Positions 16,944 to 28,500 of a stretch of 64,000 nucleotides of DNA are shown piece after piece. The notes beneath the pieces are model-generated. The model was not told the DNA's origin. It searched no databases and saw only the letters and a list, made by a program, of their open reading frames with translations. The first letter of the stretch is position 1. Every line of letters starts with the position of its first letter. The position numbers and the translations under genes were made by a program. Origin of the DNA: a virus; the IMG/VR virus record IMGVR_UViG_3300012932_000063. One strand, written 5' to 3'.

Positions 16944-17417
16944 GATGGTAAATTAAGATTGATGATCCGGTTCTAACTTTGTCATAAAACAAATTGGGTT
17001 CAAAGCCTTGTTTTCGCTTGGCTTTGCCGCCAGTTTGTGATACACTACTTCATGATTAATTCTACAAAAACTTTGAGGAGAACAGCAAAAATAGCGGTTA
17101 ACACCGTCAATGCTATTTTCCACCTAAAATTGGATCTCGCACGTTTTTCTGCTCGGATTCGTGTTACCTAAATTTTTACTAAAGTTTCAATCATCATGAC
17201 TGCTTACTCCAAAAGTGAAAGTGATTCTGAGTTTACGTGGTTGTTTCTCATATATCCTAACACTTAATTAACGGAAAAGCAATCAAAAGGATTAATCATA
17301 TACAGCTACAGCATGGGTGACACCATGCTGTCTCTCGTGCTATATAATATTCGGGGGCACAAACAAAAGGAATATCCATGCTTTAGATTCCATCCTTTAT
17401 ATTTAGGAGTTTAAATA

Positions 17418-19151
17418 ATGAACAAATTATATTTTGGCGACAATTTAGAAATTATGCGGGAAATGCCATCAGATAGTGTGGACTTGATTTGCACCGATCC
17501 ACCTTTCAACAGCGGGCGCACCTATAACATTTTCCTCGGCGACTCACTCGCACAGAAAAAAGCATTTGGCGATATATGGGTATGGGACGATGCCGCTGAA
17601 GAAACCAGAATGGATATAGACAGCATAAGAAAAGGAAAATCAGATCAATATCGCGCCTTGTCTGACACCCTGAAAGGACTAGACTTCATATTAGCGGATG
17701 GCATTAATGGCCCCGCTGTAAAAGGGAACAAAGGTGCCATGCGATCTTACCTTAATTTTATGGGGCCGCGTTTGGTTGAAATGCACAGATTACTGAAAAA
17801 AACTGGTAGCATATATCTACATTGTGATCCAACAGCGAGTCATTATTTAAAAATTATTATGGATGTCATCTGGGACACTAAAAATCACAGAAAAAATGAT
17901 TATTTTAGAAATGAAATAGTTTGGCATTACTCTGCGGGCAGATCTCCAAACACCGACTTCAAGAAAAAACATGACATTATTCTTAGATATGTTAAAGGAA
18001 AAAATTTTGAATTTAATCAACCTTACATGCCTTATTTAGAAAAAGACAGATTCAGATTTACATTTACTGATGATAAAGGCAGATTATATCGTATAAATTA
18101 TGAAAAAGATAATGATGGTCAATACAAGAAGTTTTATTGGGACACGGGAACACCTGTTGACAGTGTGTGGACATATCTAAGAGGGAAAGAATTAAACCAA
18201 ATCGGGTCTACCAGTAAGGAAAGATTAGGATACCCTACACAAAAACCACGCGAACTATATGAACGCATGATAAAAGCATCAAGTAACGAAGGCGATATAA
18301 TCATGGATCCATTCGCAGGTTGCGGAACTTCTATTGATGCTGCACATACATTAAAACGCAATTGGATTGGAATAGATTTAACTATACTTGCTTTGGATCC
18401 TATGAGTAAACGCCTTAAAGACAGACATGGTCTAGTAAATTATAAGGATTATGAAACTGAGGGGTACCCTACCAATATGCAAGAGGTTAAAAAACTAGTG
18501 AAAAACGAAAAAAGATATAATGATTTTGCTAATTGGGCTGTTACAAGATTAGGTCTTAAACCTACACAAAATGTTAGAGATGGTGGTAAAGATGGTGTAG
18601 GTCAGATAGAAATTTGGGACCCCAAAATAATGAAGTCTATTTCTAAAAGAATGTTGTCCGAAGTTAAAGCCAAGAAAAAACCGACATTAAATGATGTTAG
18701 ATCTTTTTGTCATGTTATGAATAAAGAGGATGCTATTTTGGGTATATTTATCACTATAGAATCCATCAGTAAAAATATGAAACAGGAAGCACAATCTATG
18801 GGAACTTTTGAACACAATGGTGTTAATTATCCAAGGTTACAATTCTGGCAAGTGGATGATAATTATTTCAACAATACTGAGATTATTAATCAAATCATCA
18901 AATTGCCAAGAGAATGGATTAAGGATCCTATACCTAAATCTGACAGACATTTTGAAGATCAACAAGGGGTTTTTGATTGGAACGAAGAAGTTAAAGATCC
19001 TATAGATCCAAGAAATTTAAGCGTTAAAGAGATGGAAACTATGCTCGCAAATGAACAATTGTCTGAACTGCTCCAAATTGTAAAAGAAAGCAATCTGGAT
19101 GAGAAAGAAATGGATGAATTTTGGGAGAAATTGAGACAAGCCGGAGATTAA
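17418..19151 (+). CDS. Site-specific N6/N4 DNA methyltransferase fused to an Mrr-like restriction endonuclease domain
   Basis: GDNL, DPPF, YPTQKP, DPFAGCGT motifs; C-terminal DGGKDG..EVK. Confidence 0.88.
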   Translation: MNKLYFGDNLEIMREMPSDSVDLICTDPPFNSGRTYNIFLGDSLAQKKAFGDIWVWDDAAEETRMDIDSIRKGKSDQYRALSDTLKGLDFILADGINGPAVKGNKGAMRSYLNFMGPRLVEMHRLLKKTGSIYLHCDPTASHYLKIIMDVIWDTKNHRKNDYFRNEIVWHYSAGRSPNTDFKKKHDIILRYVKGKNFEFNQPYMPYLEKDRFRFTFTDDKGRLYRINYEKDNDGQYKKFYWDTGTPVDSVWTYLRGKELNQIGSTSKERLGYPTQKPRELYERMIKASSNEGDIIMDPFAGCGTSIDAAHTLKRNWIGIDLTILALDPMSKRLKDRHGLVNYKDYETEGYPTNMQEVKKLVKNEKRYNDFANWAVTRLGLKPTQNVRDGGKDGVGQIEIWDPKIMKSISKRMLSEVKAKKKPTLNDVRSFCHVMNKEDAILGIFITIESISKNMKQEAQSMGTFEHNGVNYPRLQFWQVDDNYFNNTEIINQIIKLPREWIKDPIPKSDRHFEDQQGVFDWNEEVKDPIDPRNLSVKEMETMLANEQLSELLQIVKESNLDEKEMDEFWEKLRQAGD

Positions 19152-19154
19152 TTT

Positions 19155-19300
19155 AAAAGTATCAGGGAGTTACATCCCTGTAGCGGGTGCTATGGCACAC
19201 CCCATTGTATATACTATATACAATGTTGCCCCACCTGAGTGGGGAATGCTCTCATGAAGAGCAAAGGAATCTCTATGCTTTAGCATGGAGAGGATGTCAA
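19155..19300 (+). ncRNA. Orphan omegaRNA scaffold 3 with intact IS605 right end
   Basis: Core motif plus GGAATC-TCTATGC TTTA GCATGGA-GAGGATG-TCAA. Confidence 0.8.
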
Positions 19301-19314
19301 AAAGGATTAAAATA

Positions 19315-19752
19315 ATGAAAATTAACGATCCTCTCAAATTAAATGATTTACCTTTACCAGTTATACCTGTATTAGAAGAATTGATTAAAAAACATAATCT
19401 GCTTGTTGATATGGTTAGAAAAATGAACAAAGATTTAGATATTATTGTTGATTCTTTACCTGTTAAAAGAGACGAATATGGTCAGTTAGAATTAATTAAA
19501 TACAAGTGTGTTTATTGTCAAAATTATTTCGCCAATATAACTAAAGATCATATTATACCTAAATCTAAATTTCCCAAAGGCATTCATAATGTAGAAGAAA
19601 ACAACGTGTTATCTTGTGAAGAATGTAATCAGAAGAAATCTGACTTGTTTCCTCATGAAATACAAAACAAAGAAATGAGAGATATTGCACTGTATAACGC
19701 TATAAAAATAGATTGGATATGGTTATATCATGTTGTTTTTAGCAGGATATAA
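19315..19752 (+). CDS. HNH endonuclease
   Basis: CVYC..TKDHIIPKS..NNVLSCEECNQKK. Confidence 0.8.
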   Translation: MKINDPLKLNDLPLPVIPVLEELIKKHNLLVDMVRKMNKDLDIIVDSLPVKRDEYGQLELIKYKCVYCQNYFANITKDHIIPKSKFPKGIHNVEENNVLSCEECNQKKSDLFPHEIQNKEMRDIALYNAIKIDWIWLYHVVFSRI

Positions 19753-19776
19753 TTAGAAATTTGTAAGGAGATATAA

Positions 19777-21172
19777 ATGAAAGTAAAAACACAATCTTTT
19801 GAAGAAATGAATCAAGAAACTTATAACAAACATAAAAATGGTGAAACTATTAGAGATCCACATATTAGCATCTATTTCCTACAACAATTATACACTATTG
19901 GTGATCTAAAAGCAGGTAAACCACGTGTCAAAATCATTCATTGTCCTTCGGATGATGAATCTTTTCTTAGTGGAGGTATATCATGAACGCAAATAGTCAC
20001 AAAAGCGTAGATGAAATCATAAATGAATTTCACAATAATGGTAAATCTTGGGAGCATAACATTAAAGAAACAATAAATTTTGATGATGTAGATATTACTA
20101 TAGATGAGAAGCATTGTCGTTTGTATATTAAACTCTATGGAGGTCATATTTGGATTGGTGGCCCTACAAGAAAATATTACGTAAATAAAGAAGGCAAGAT
20201 TAAGGCATTAGTAATCAATCATTTACCTTATATATCAGAGGAAACAGATTTTTGGTTAGGAGTTTTTGGTGAACCTTTGTTAATAGCATGTTTTCTTTTA
20301 ATATTATGTTTAATAATATACGCTTTAAACTCTTAGTAGAGGAGTAATAAAAATGTACAGTAAAAACAGATGTCTACCACCTATGACGAAACAACAGGTA
20401 CAACAATTTAATGGTTTAAAAAGTGATATATTGGATTCAGCACCTAACGCTGAAGAACGCACAAAACGACATATAAATATTTTGGAAATACTATTGTGTG
20501 AAACAGCTGCTAAAGATGCTAACACTTTAATATTAGCATTAGAAGCACTTAATGAAGTTATCAAAGAAGAAGGTATACAACATTGAAATTTTTACTTAAC
20601 CTGTTTTTTAGATGGCCAACTGAAGCAATTATTATAGAACAATATACTCAAAAAATGTCTTTGGAAATCACTCAAGGTGGTTTACATGCACATAGAGATG
20701 CAGAAGGCATAACCACCATAGAAATATCTCGTGCTATCTATAATAAAAGTAACAATACATGGTTTTTGTCTATACCTAAAAAAATATGGGAAGGTAAACT
20801 ACCTAGAAAAATTGATAAAGTATATTGGCGACATTCGCCTAGAAGGAGACACAAACTATGATGGAACGTGAACATATACATGGTAAACCACCTATGAAAG
20901 TGTATAAAATGCACCTTGAAAGTGGTTACAAAAGAACTCTATCTGACTGGACGCTTGAACAATCTAATGTGTTTTATATACCCAGAGGAGAACATGTAGA
21001 ACACATGCAGGATATCTCCTCTGAAGAGGAAGGGTTCAAAATGATATTGACTCTTGAATCGGGTACCGAACGCATTATCACGCAGCATGATTTAGATAAT
21101 GACTGCTTAGAATACTGCAAATATAGAGAATTCATCAGAAAAATAACCAGAAATGAGCATGAACAAATTTAA
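19777..21172 (+). other. Run of 5 small phage hypothetical genes (19777, 19983, 20353, 20583, 20858)
   Basis: Head-to-tail ORFs with RBS and overlapping stop/start codons. Confidence 0.65.
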
Positions 21173-21187
21173 TAGGGGGAGTTTCTT

Positions 21188-21808
21188 ATGGAACAATTAG
21201 AGTTATTATCAACTCAGCGACCAGTAAATAATGATGAAGCAATTAAACAAATCAAAGGACTTCAATATATACCAGACTATATTAGTGAAGAACAAGAAAT
21301 CTGGTTATTAAATAGAGTAGGTGAGCAAAATTGGATTTCAGATTTGAAACGTCGTGTTCAACATTATGGTTTCAAATATGATTACCGGGCTAGAAAAGTA
21401 GATTATGATATGCGTATTGGTGAATTACCTGAATGGTTAAAAAGGCTCAGCCAAAAATTACATAAAGATAACCACATGCATGACATCGCGGATCAGGTAA
21501 TTGTCAATGAATATCAGCCTGGACAAGGCATTTCAAGCCATATTGATTGTGAACCTTGTTTTGAAGACACTATTATTTCTTTGAGTTTAGGTTCCAGTTG
21601 CGTCATGAATTTTACAAATAAATCTGATAAAACTCAAAAGATACGTATTTGGTTAGCACCAAGAAGCCTTGTTATTTTGAGTAGCGAATCCAGGTATGAA
21701 TGGTTACATGGTATATCTGGGAGAGTAAAAGATATATGGTATGGTAAAAAATATATGCGTTCAAGACGTGTGTCTCTCACTTTTAGAAAGGTTATCATTA
21801 ATGATTGA
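21188..21808 (+). CDS. AlkB-like 2OG-Fe(II) dioxygenase
   Basis: RRVQHYG, NEYQPGQGISSHID, WLHGI, RVSLTFR. Confidence 0.9.
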   Translation: MEQLELLSTQRPVNNDEAIKQIKGLQYIPDYISEEQEIWLLNRVGEQNWISDLKRRVQHYGFKYDYRARKVDYDMRIGELPEWLKRLSQKLHKDNHMHDIADQVIVNEYQPGQGISSHIDCEPCFEDTIISLSLGSSCVMNFTNKSDKTQKIRIWLAPRSLVILSSESRYEWLHGISGRVKDIWYGKKYMRSRRVSLTFRKVIIND

Positions 21809-21816
21809 AAAAGTTA

Positions 21817-21862
21817 CTTTGTCGTGCCAGAGCAACTTTCGGCACATGAGCAAAATTTGGGA
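21817..21862 (+). repeat. Intergenic motif TGTCGTGCCA..TTTCGGCACATGAGCAAA, copy 1
   Basis: Copies at 34988-35035 and 58623-58668. Confidence 0.65.
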
Positions 21863-21870
21863 TTTCATAA

Positions 21871-24800
21871 ATGCTTAAATTAATTTGGGTTTCTCAAACA
21901 GAAGAGAAAAATATAAACAAACTAAAGAAAAAAATCTTGAAACTAATTGACGAATCAACTTGCAGACATAGAGATTTATTTACAAATTTTTGTGTTAAGG
22001 GTAGATATAGTGCTAATATATTAACAAAAGCCACTGAGGAACTTATACATGAACGACGCATCAAATTAACAGGAACTGACACTTACTCAAAAAAATTTAA
22101 AAGAGGAGATAATCAGTAAAATGGATAGATTTATGGTAAAGATAAGACGCCCATTGGTAGAAGATATAAAAGGCATGAACCATGCAAAAAAATATAAATT
22201 GTTAAAAGAAAATTCTATTGCTATCAGGCGTAAAATTATAACATGGATAGATAAACACGGATTATATGACCAGGTTTATGAAATTACAGAAGCTACTGTT
22301 TTTAATATTTTATTTATTACTTGCACACATAAAGTTGCTAAACACATTGAAAATATGAACGAAGTGGTTAGCATTTCAAAAGATATAGAATTTAATTTAC
22401 TGGGGTGATTTAATATGAATCTTATTCGCGATTTTATGAATATATGGAAAATTTTGAAAAGGCAAGAATTAGATAATATTTACGAAAATAGTTTTGTAGA
22501 TAAAACCTTTGAAAACACCAAAGGTACTGATAAGTCTTACAAATGTAGGTTTATACTTAGAATCAAAACAGAAACAGGTAGAGGTTTTGATTCAGATACG
22601 TATTCAATATACGAAACAAGAGATCATAGAATTATTATCCATATCAAACATTATTATTTTAACACTAAATATTCTTCAGGTTGGTTCAGCACTTATAGCC
22701 TGATTGAATTAGAGAATATGGAAGAATTCTATGAATTTTGTATGAATACTGAAACGACAAGCAGGTTAGAATTGAAAAGAAAAACATATAATCTCTTTTC
22801 AGAATTAGGTTGGCCTGATAAACCTATAGATAAACTACCAAGACAATTACAAGGAGATGAATAACTGTGGAAAACAGCATAGTTAAACAACCAGAACTCA
22901 TCGATTGTGAAGAATATGAAGTTAGATATAAACGTAGAGATCCAAAACATCTTTGTCCTTGTGGTTGTGAGGATTATCAAGAAATTATTACTGGTGATCC
23001 ATATAGATTTTATATAGTTAGAATCGCTTGGTGTTATATTAGAGACAGAGAGGAAAACGATGATTATACCAACAGAATACCGGAAGAGATTAGAAATGAT
23101 ACTTGAACAATATGAAGAAGGAATCTGGTATGATAGAATCAAACATCATTTTAAACATCCTGACACCAGACATCATTACTCTGAAATTGTAAGAGGACTT
23201 AAATGGATTATCAATGCTTGGAAAATCATAGAAGAAAAACAAATTACTGATACTGATATACTTGACGCAATCTATATATCTACAGATATATCTCTCGAAA
23301 TGTATAACGGCAAAATTGTAGATCACGGCGTTTTAGATGCACAAAATATATCACATTATGTGCTTGATATAGCAGCAATTGCTATACTTGTTAACTAAAC
23401 TAAATAGAGGGTATTAAAATGAAAGTACATGCAAAATCTCAAAAGTGGTATTGGGGTTATCGATACAGAATTGTAGAACGGCATATTACTGATGATTTAA
23501 CATATTTCAAGGTTCAAAAGAAATGGTTTATATTCTTTTGGACAGATTTAAACTCTGAAACATATCATTCTTTAGAGGAAGCAATAAACCATTTAGAAAC
23601 CCATAAAGATGTTATAAAGAAACGACCTAACATTTATCATTATATAGAGGAGGATAAATAATGATTTCTATGAGGATTCGAGAGGTGGGTTTAGATAATC
23701 TTAATACTATGGATGAGCATGACGAAATATGTTATGTATATTATCAAAAAGAAAATATAAGGGTACATATAGGTAGTATATTACACGCACCGCGACAATA
23801 CTGGATAATTCCTCAAGATGATGGCACATTTAGATTAGACATTCGCCTTGAAAGGACAACTTCTTGGGAATTTTTACCAGTAGCTGTATTTAACAGAATA
23901 TCTGAAGCAGAAAGAGTCAAAAGAGTTTTGCGTAAACATGATCCTATTAAGGGCAAAATTTTTGACCAAAGATATTTAAGAGAAGCTGCTATCACCACAT
24001 TGAATCTTAGCGAGATGTGTGGTGAAGTTAGAGAAGTAGTTTTTCCACATTTACGGAATTAAATTATATAGGGAAAAATTATGAACCAAGACACGATTTA
24101 TACTGAAGCTGAAATTGATAAAATTATGCTTGATGATTTTTTGGATACTTTACTTCCAGAAATTAGGGATGTCCTTACCTCCAGAGGTGTAACCACTAAT
24201 GAAGATTTAAAGCAATTCAAAATGACGTTAGAAATTAACGGTGAAGAAGTTCCTATAATTACCATGACAAAAGGTAAAAGGATTGTTAGAACAATAATGC
24301 ACCAATGGGAATACGATCCCAAAACAAGAACAACAACAAGGAGGACTTCATGAACATCTATAAATTTAAACATACTTCTACCACTACAGGAGGAAGCAGA
24401 ACAACACTTACTAATCAGTTTAGAACTCTGTTGAAAGAACCTTATATAGATTATAGTGCACATAAAGCTGCACAACAGATTGCCGTTAAAATGGCATCAC
24501 TCACTAAAAACTCTATAGGAGATTGTGGTGTTGTGACTTTATCAAATGTAGTATATGCTGTATTCACACCTGGTAAAGATTATTGGAACAATCCTTGCAG
24601 AATTCAATATGGTTTATATCCTATTGATTATAAAGAATTTATCAAACCTGCGAGAACCTCAATTCAGGTACAAAACGATACTCTTATCTTAGATTTGCTT
24701 TACTTTAGAAATCCGACCAATTTTGCAGTGGAAGACCTGCAAAAAGCGTTTGTAACCAGATTCGGCAAGCAAATAAAAAAGTTACAAATCATTCATTCAT

Positions 24801-24889
24801 TGAATAGATTTCGCCAATCTGGTTACACTGATTACAATGAGAAAAAAGAAACATGGCTCTATAAAGGCCATAGAAAAATTGTGGTGTAA
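21871..24889 (+). other. Run of about 9 phage hypothetical genes (21871, 22121, 22415, 22867, 23060, 23419, 23661, 24081, 24350)
   Basis: Tightly packed co-oriented ORFs. Confidence 0.65.
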
Positions 24890-24893
24890 TGCA

Positions 24894-25145
24894 ATGCTTA
24901 TACTCAATTACTCAGATATTACTGACGATATAGCCGATATTTGTAAAGAGGAAAAAGTCATATTGGATTTGAAACTTTGGGATATAGAATCCACTATGGT
25001 AAGAAATGTAAAGATATGTGCCAAATTAGGTGCCTATGCTGTTACAGTGACAGATCATCCTCTGAACAGTGAAGGCATTATTGCAGCAAAACAAGCCGGC
25101 AAAAAATACGGCATAAAAATTATAGTAGGAGACATTTCATGCTAA
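24894..25145 (+). CDS. Miniature OMP-decarboxylase-like protein
   Basis: VILDLKLWDIESTM matches the PyrF DxKxxDI motif; GAYAVTV follows; only 83 aa. Confidence 0.55.
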   Translation: MLILNYSDITDDIADICKEEKVILDLKLWDIESTMVRNVKICAKLGAYAVTVTDHPLNSEGIIAAKQAGKKYGIKIIVGDISC

Positions 25146-25372
25146 AAGCAAAAGCGATTTTGAAATATGAAAGCGGTGACTCAGAAGTCAAAACACTTCA
25201 ACTATCAAATGAAGAACCGCGTGTCAGGGTAAATAGAGAAGAATTAGATTCTAATAGTTTAGCCTCAGCTAAATTTTTCAGTTATTGGTGCATGACAGCT
25301 TTTAAGGATGCATTAGAAGCACTGGGTATAGAGGTTATTCAAACCCTTGCCAAAAAAGGTGCTACTAAATAA
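25139..25372 (+). CDS. Hypothetical protein
   Basis: Overlapping start, RBS. Confidence 0.55.
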   Translation: MLKAKAILKYESGDSEVKTLQLSNEEPRVRVNREELDSNSLASAKFFSYWCMTAFKDALEALGIEVIQTLAKKGATK

Positions 25373-25383
25373 ATATTGCAAAG

Positions 25384-25550
25384 CGTGAGACTCATGTGTA
25401 TGAGTCTCATCCGTCTAGTCGTAGATGGCGGTTAATGGGTGCCAGTGGCACTTAATCTTCGACGCGAGGCACCGGAATTGTTCCGGCGGTCTCTTAAATT
25501 AAGGTTTCACAACTGGTGATAGAAAGGCGGTCTAAACAACCGCCTTTCAC
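25384..25550 (+). ncRNA. Multi-hairpin intergenic RNA or attenuator candidate
   Basis: Five hairpins in a GC-rich 170-bp gap. Confidence 0.4.
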
Positions 25551-25570
25551 ACCCTATAAAGGATATTGGA

Positions 25571-28500
25571 ATGACAACAATTATCGTTCTCTGTGTTTTG
25601 ATACCGATTCTATTACTTGTTTCATATAAAATCTATCGTAATATGAGATGGGTTATCAAAAAGTGGTCAATAGAAATTCTGTTGAAACTGGATAAAAAAT
25701 ATTATCCTCTAAAAGTGGGAAACAGATATGAAATAGAAAATTTGGTTAAAAAACATAGTTCATTATGCGATGATCTTTGTAAATTAGAACCTCTGTTCCC
25801 ATTTTATCTTACCGAAGATAAAGCCACAGAATTCAATGATATAGCGGAACAGATAAACGATACCATTTCTAAAATTAGAAATTTTGGTTTATTTGAGGAG
25901 GAAAAATAATGGGCGTTACAACAAAATTAAAAGCGGATGATTTTTATTCGGCTATACGCGGTATAGATATAGTCTATTTTGCTACACGTAAGATCGACTA
26001 TGAAAAACTTGTTAGGATTCTGATAGATCAAAGACTGATACCTGAAAATTTTGATGCCGAAGATTTCTTTGACAATGAAATAGTTAAGGCACAAAAAATT
26101 CGTACAAAGGAAACTCATGTAAGAATAGCTTTTGAAAAAGCAGGTATTGAATTGGAAGACGGTGCTCTCAATAAAGTCGTCAAAGATATTGTTGACCGAC
26201 TTGGATAATAAAAAGGAGATTATTAATGCTTAAATTAACAATTGAGTTAAGAAGAGATGAATATGTCGTAACAGAACCATCAGCCAGTGAAAACACTGGC
26301 GTTATCCTTGGTTCGTTTTCTTCGTTGGACAAAGCACTTAACTACATGAAAAGAATTATGAAAACAGAAGTTAAATGTAGAAAAATGCGTGAACAAGTGC
26401 GAAAGGAATTAGACGAGGAAAAAGATGAATGAAAACAAAGACATGGAATGGATATCCAGATTAGATATATTAGAAAGGTATCTAAACTCTATTCAGCAGA
26501 TAATTAGATTTGAAGACCTGCCTGAGAAAAACATCGAAATGCTCAGGCAGGGCATTCAACCTTTACAAGAGGAATATGATAAAATCGTCAAAGAACAAAA
26601 CTTAGGTGTTTGCATAGGATGCGGACACCAATTTGTAATGGACTTTGAAGGTGATGATGAATGTGGATGGTGTGAAGAAACATATAAAGAAAGGAGTGTA
26701 TCATGAATATAGATAAAAATCAACGTGAGAAAATTCATAGTCTACCCTACACTATGAATGATCTTGATAGGATATCAAAATACATAGATACCCTAATGGA
26801 AATTATTGATATGGCATATCTTACAGAAGAACAGACTATAAATTTAGAAGTTGCTATGCAACCACTTTGGGACATACAAGGACAAATCATGGAAGAACAA
26901 AACATTTCAATATGTGAAAAATGTTCACAATTCTATGTAAAAATCCCTAAAGATGAACATAAATGCAATAAGTGTACCATGGAGAATTCTTAAATGAGAG
27001 AAATTGAAGGCAAAGATATTGTAAATATGACAGACGAAGAATATAAAAAATATATGCAGCAGAAAATCAAACAAGTTTATACATATCAAAAAGCATTAAT
27101 TACGTTTCAAGGTGAAAGGAATAGTATCTCTAATATATTAGGTTTACTATCAGTAGGAAGAAGTGAAATGAATGATTATGAAAAAAATGAATTCATTTTA
27201 GTTTCTTCTGAAGTTATAGATTAATATGCGTATTCAATTTAAATCCAAATTTCAAAATTAAAATGGGAGATATACATATTTATGATTGAACCTATGACCC
27301 AAAAATTTAATTGTTCAATGTGTTCCAGATCTATAAACCCAAAACAGCCCATACACTAAAAAAGGATAAATCTAATGATTAAAATTATATTTTTCGGTAT
27401 ATCTATTGCAGCCACATCAGGTGCGTTTATGGTGTCATACCGCACTTTTCTAAATCAGGCAAAGTGGTCCTTTTAGAAAATAATCACCCACTTGATAAAA
27501 GAGAGGAGAAAAAATGGATTTATCCATAGATCAAATAGCATATCTCAAGGCGTGCCTTGATACGGTTATCTTGGAAGAAGCACCTGAATTTGAATATCCT
27601 TGTTATTTCTCTTGGCCTGATATATCAGAGGAAGAACATAACGATTTACAAGAAAAAGAGTTGATTGGCTGGCACGACGGCTGGCAAATAACAAATGATG
27701 GTGTAAAAGCGTTTCACGCGCAGAAACACAAACTTCCATATTACACAAAAGATTATGCAGGTGTATATGGGAAGGAGTAAATTATGTATACTATATTTGA
27801 AAAGTTACTGTTTGTTATACTCTTATTTATCAGAGAACCAAATGATGAAAAAAGAGATATGTATATATCAAGATATGAAGAATGTTGTCGTCGAACTGGT
27901 AAATATTACGATCCTTTTAGTGAAAAAGTTTATAGACTTTACCAAAAAGTGGTCTTTAAGAAATATAACAAGGAATTACAAATGAAAACTAAATGTCCAT
28001 TTTGTGGTAACAGTGGTGCTATAGGACCTATTTCATCACCCGTTGAATACAGAGGCGGCTATTTGTGCGGTGGTTGCCGTTCTGTTCACCACGTCCCCGA
28101 AGCAGAACATAAATTAGGTAGTGGCACTATTATTAAAACAGAACCCGGACACCACAAAAGCACTGACCGCCTCATTGAAAATGCCAAACATGGTAAACGT
28201 GCAATATATCAAGATTCATAGGTGGTTATATGTATAGAAGAACTAATAAAGGTATTATTAAGATTAATACACCTGTAATAGAATTAGATTTAGGCATGCG
28301 TGCCGCTGAACGCGAAAGATATGTTATAGAGGCACTAAAATTATACAAAAATAAAAACGGATATACCTGGTTTCACATGCATGTACCTGAAGCCATTGCA
28401 GGCGGTAACTCAGCTTGGGGACATCTGCCATACCCACAAGAGCGAGTTAATACCAAAAACGACTGGTCAAAAAACAGAGATATTAGCAGAGCAGTAAATG

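Noticed and set aside
17045-17197. In-frame TAG in a small minus-strand membrane ORF suggesting stop-codon recoding
   Set aside because: Single case; many genes end in TAG with tight coupling and long conserved genes have no internal stops. Probably a CAG>TAG pseudogene.
17286-17295. Target for the scaffold-3 guide (AAAGGATTAA match)
   Set aside because: Only 10 AT-rich nt match and the upstream flank is not TTAT.
21010-21039. IS605 right-end-like GGATATCTCCTCTGAAGAGGAAGGGTTCAA
   Set aside because: Lies inside an intact ORF, the stem is short, GAAT is not exact and there is no omegaRNA core upstream; may be chance or an old scar.
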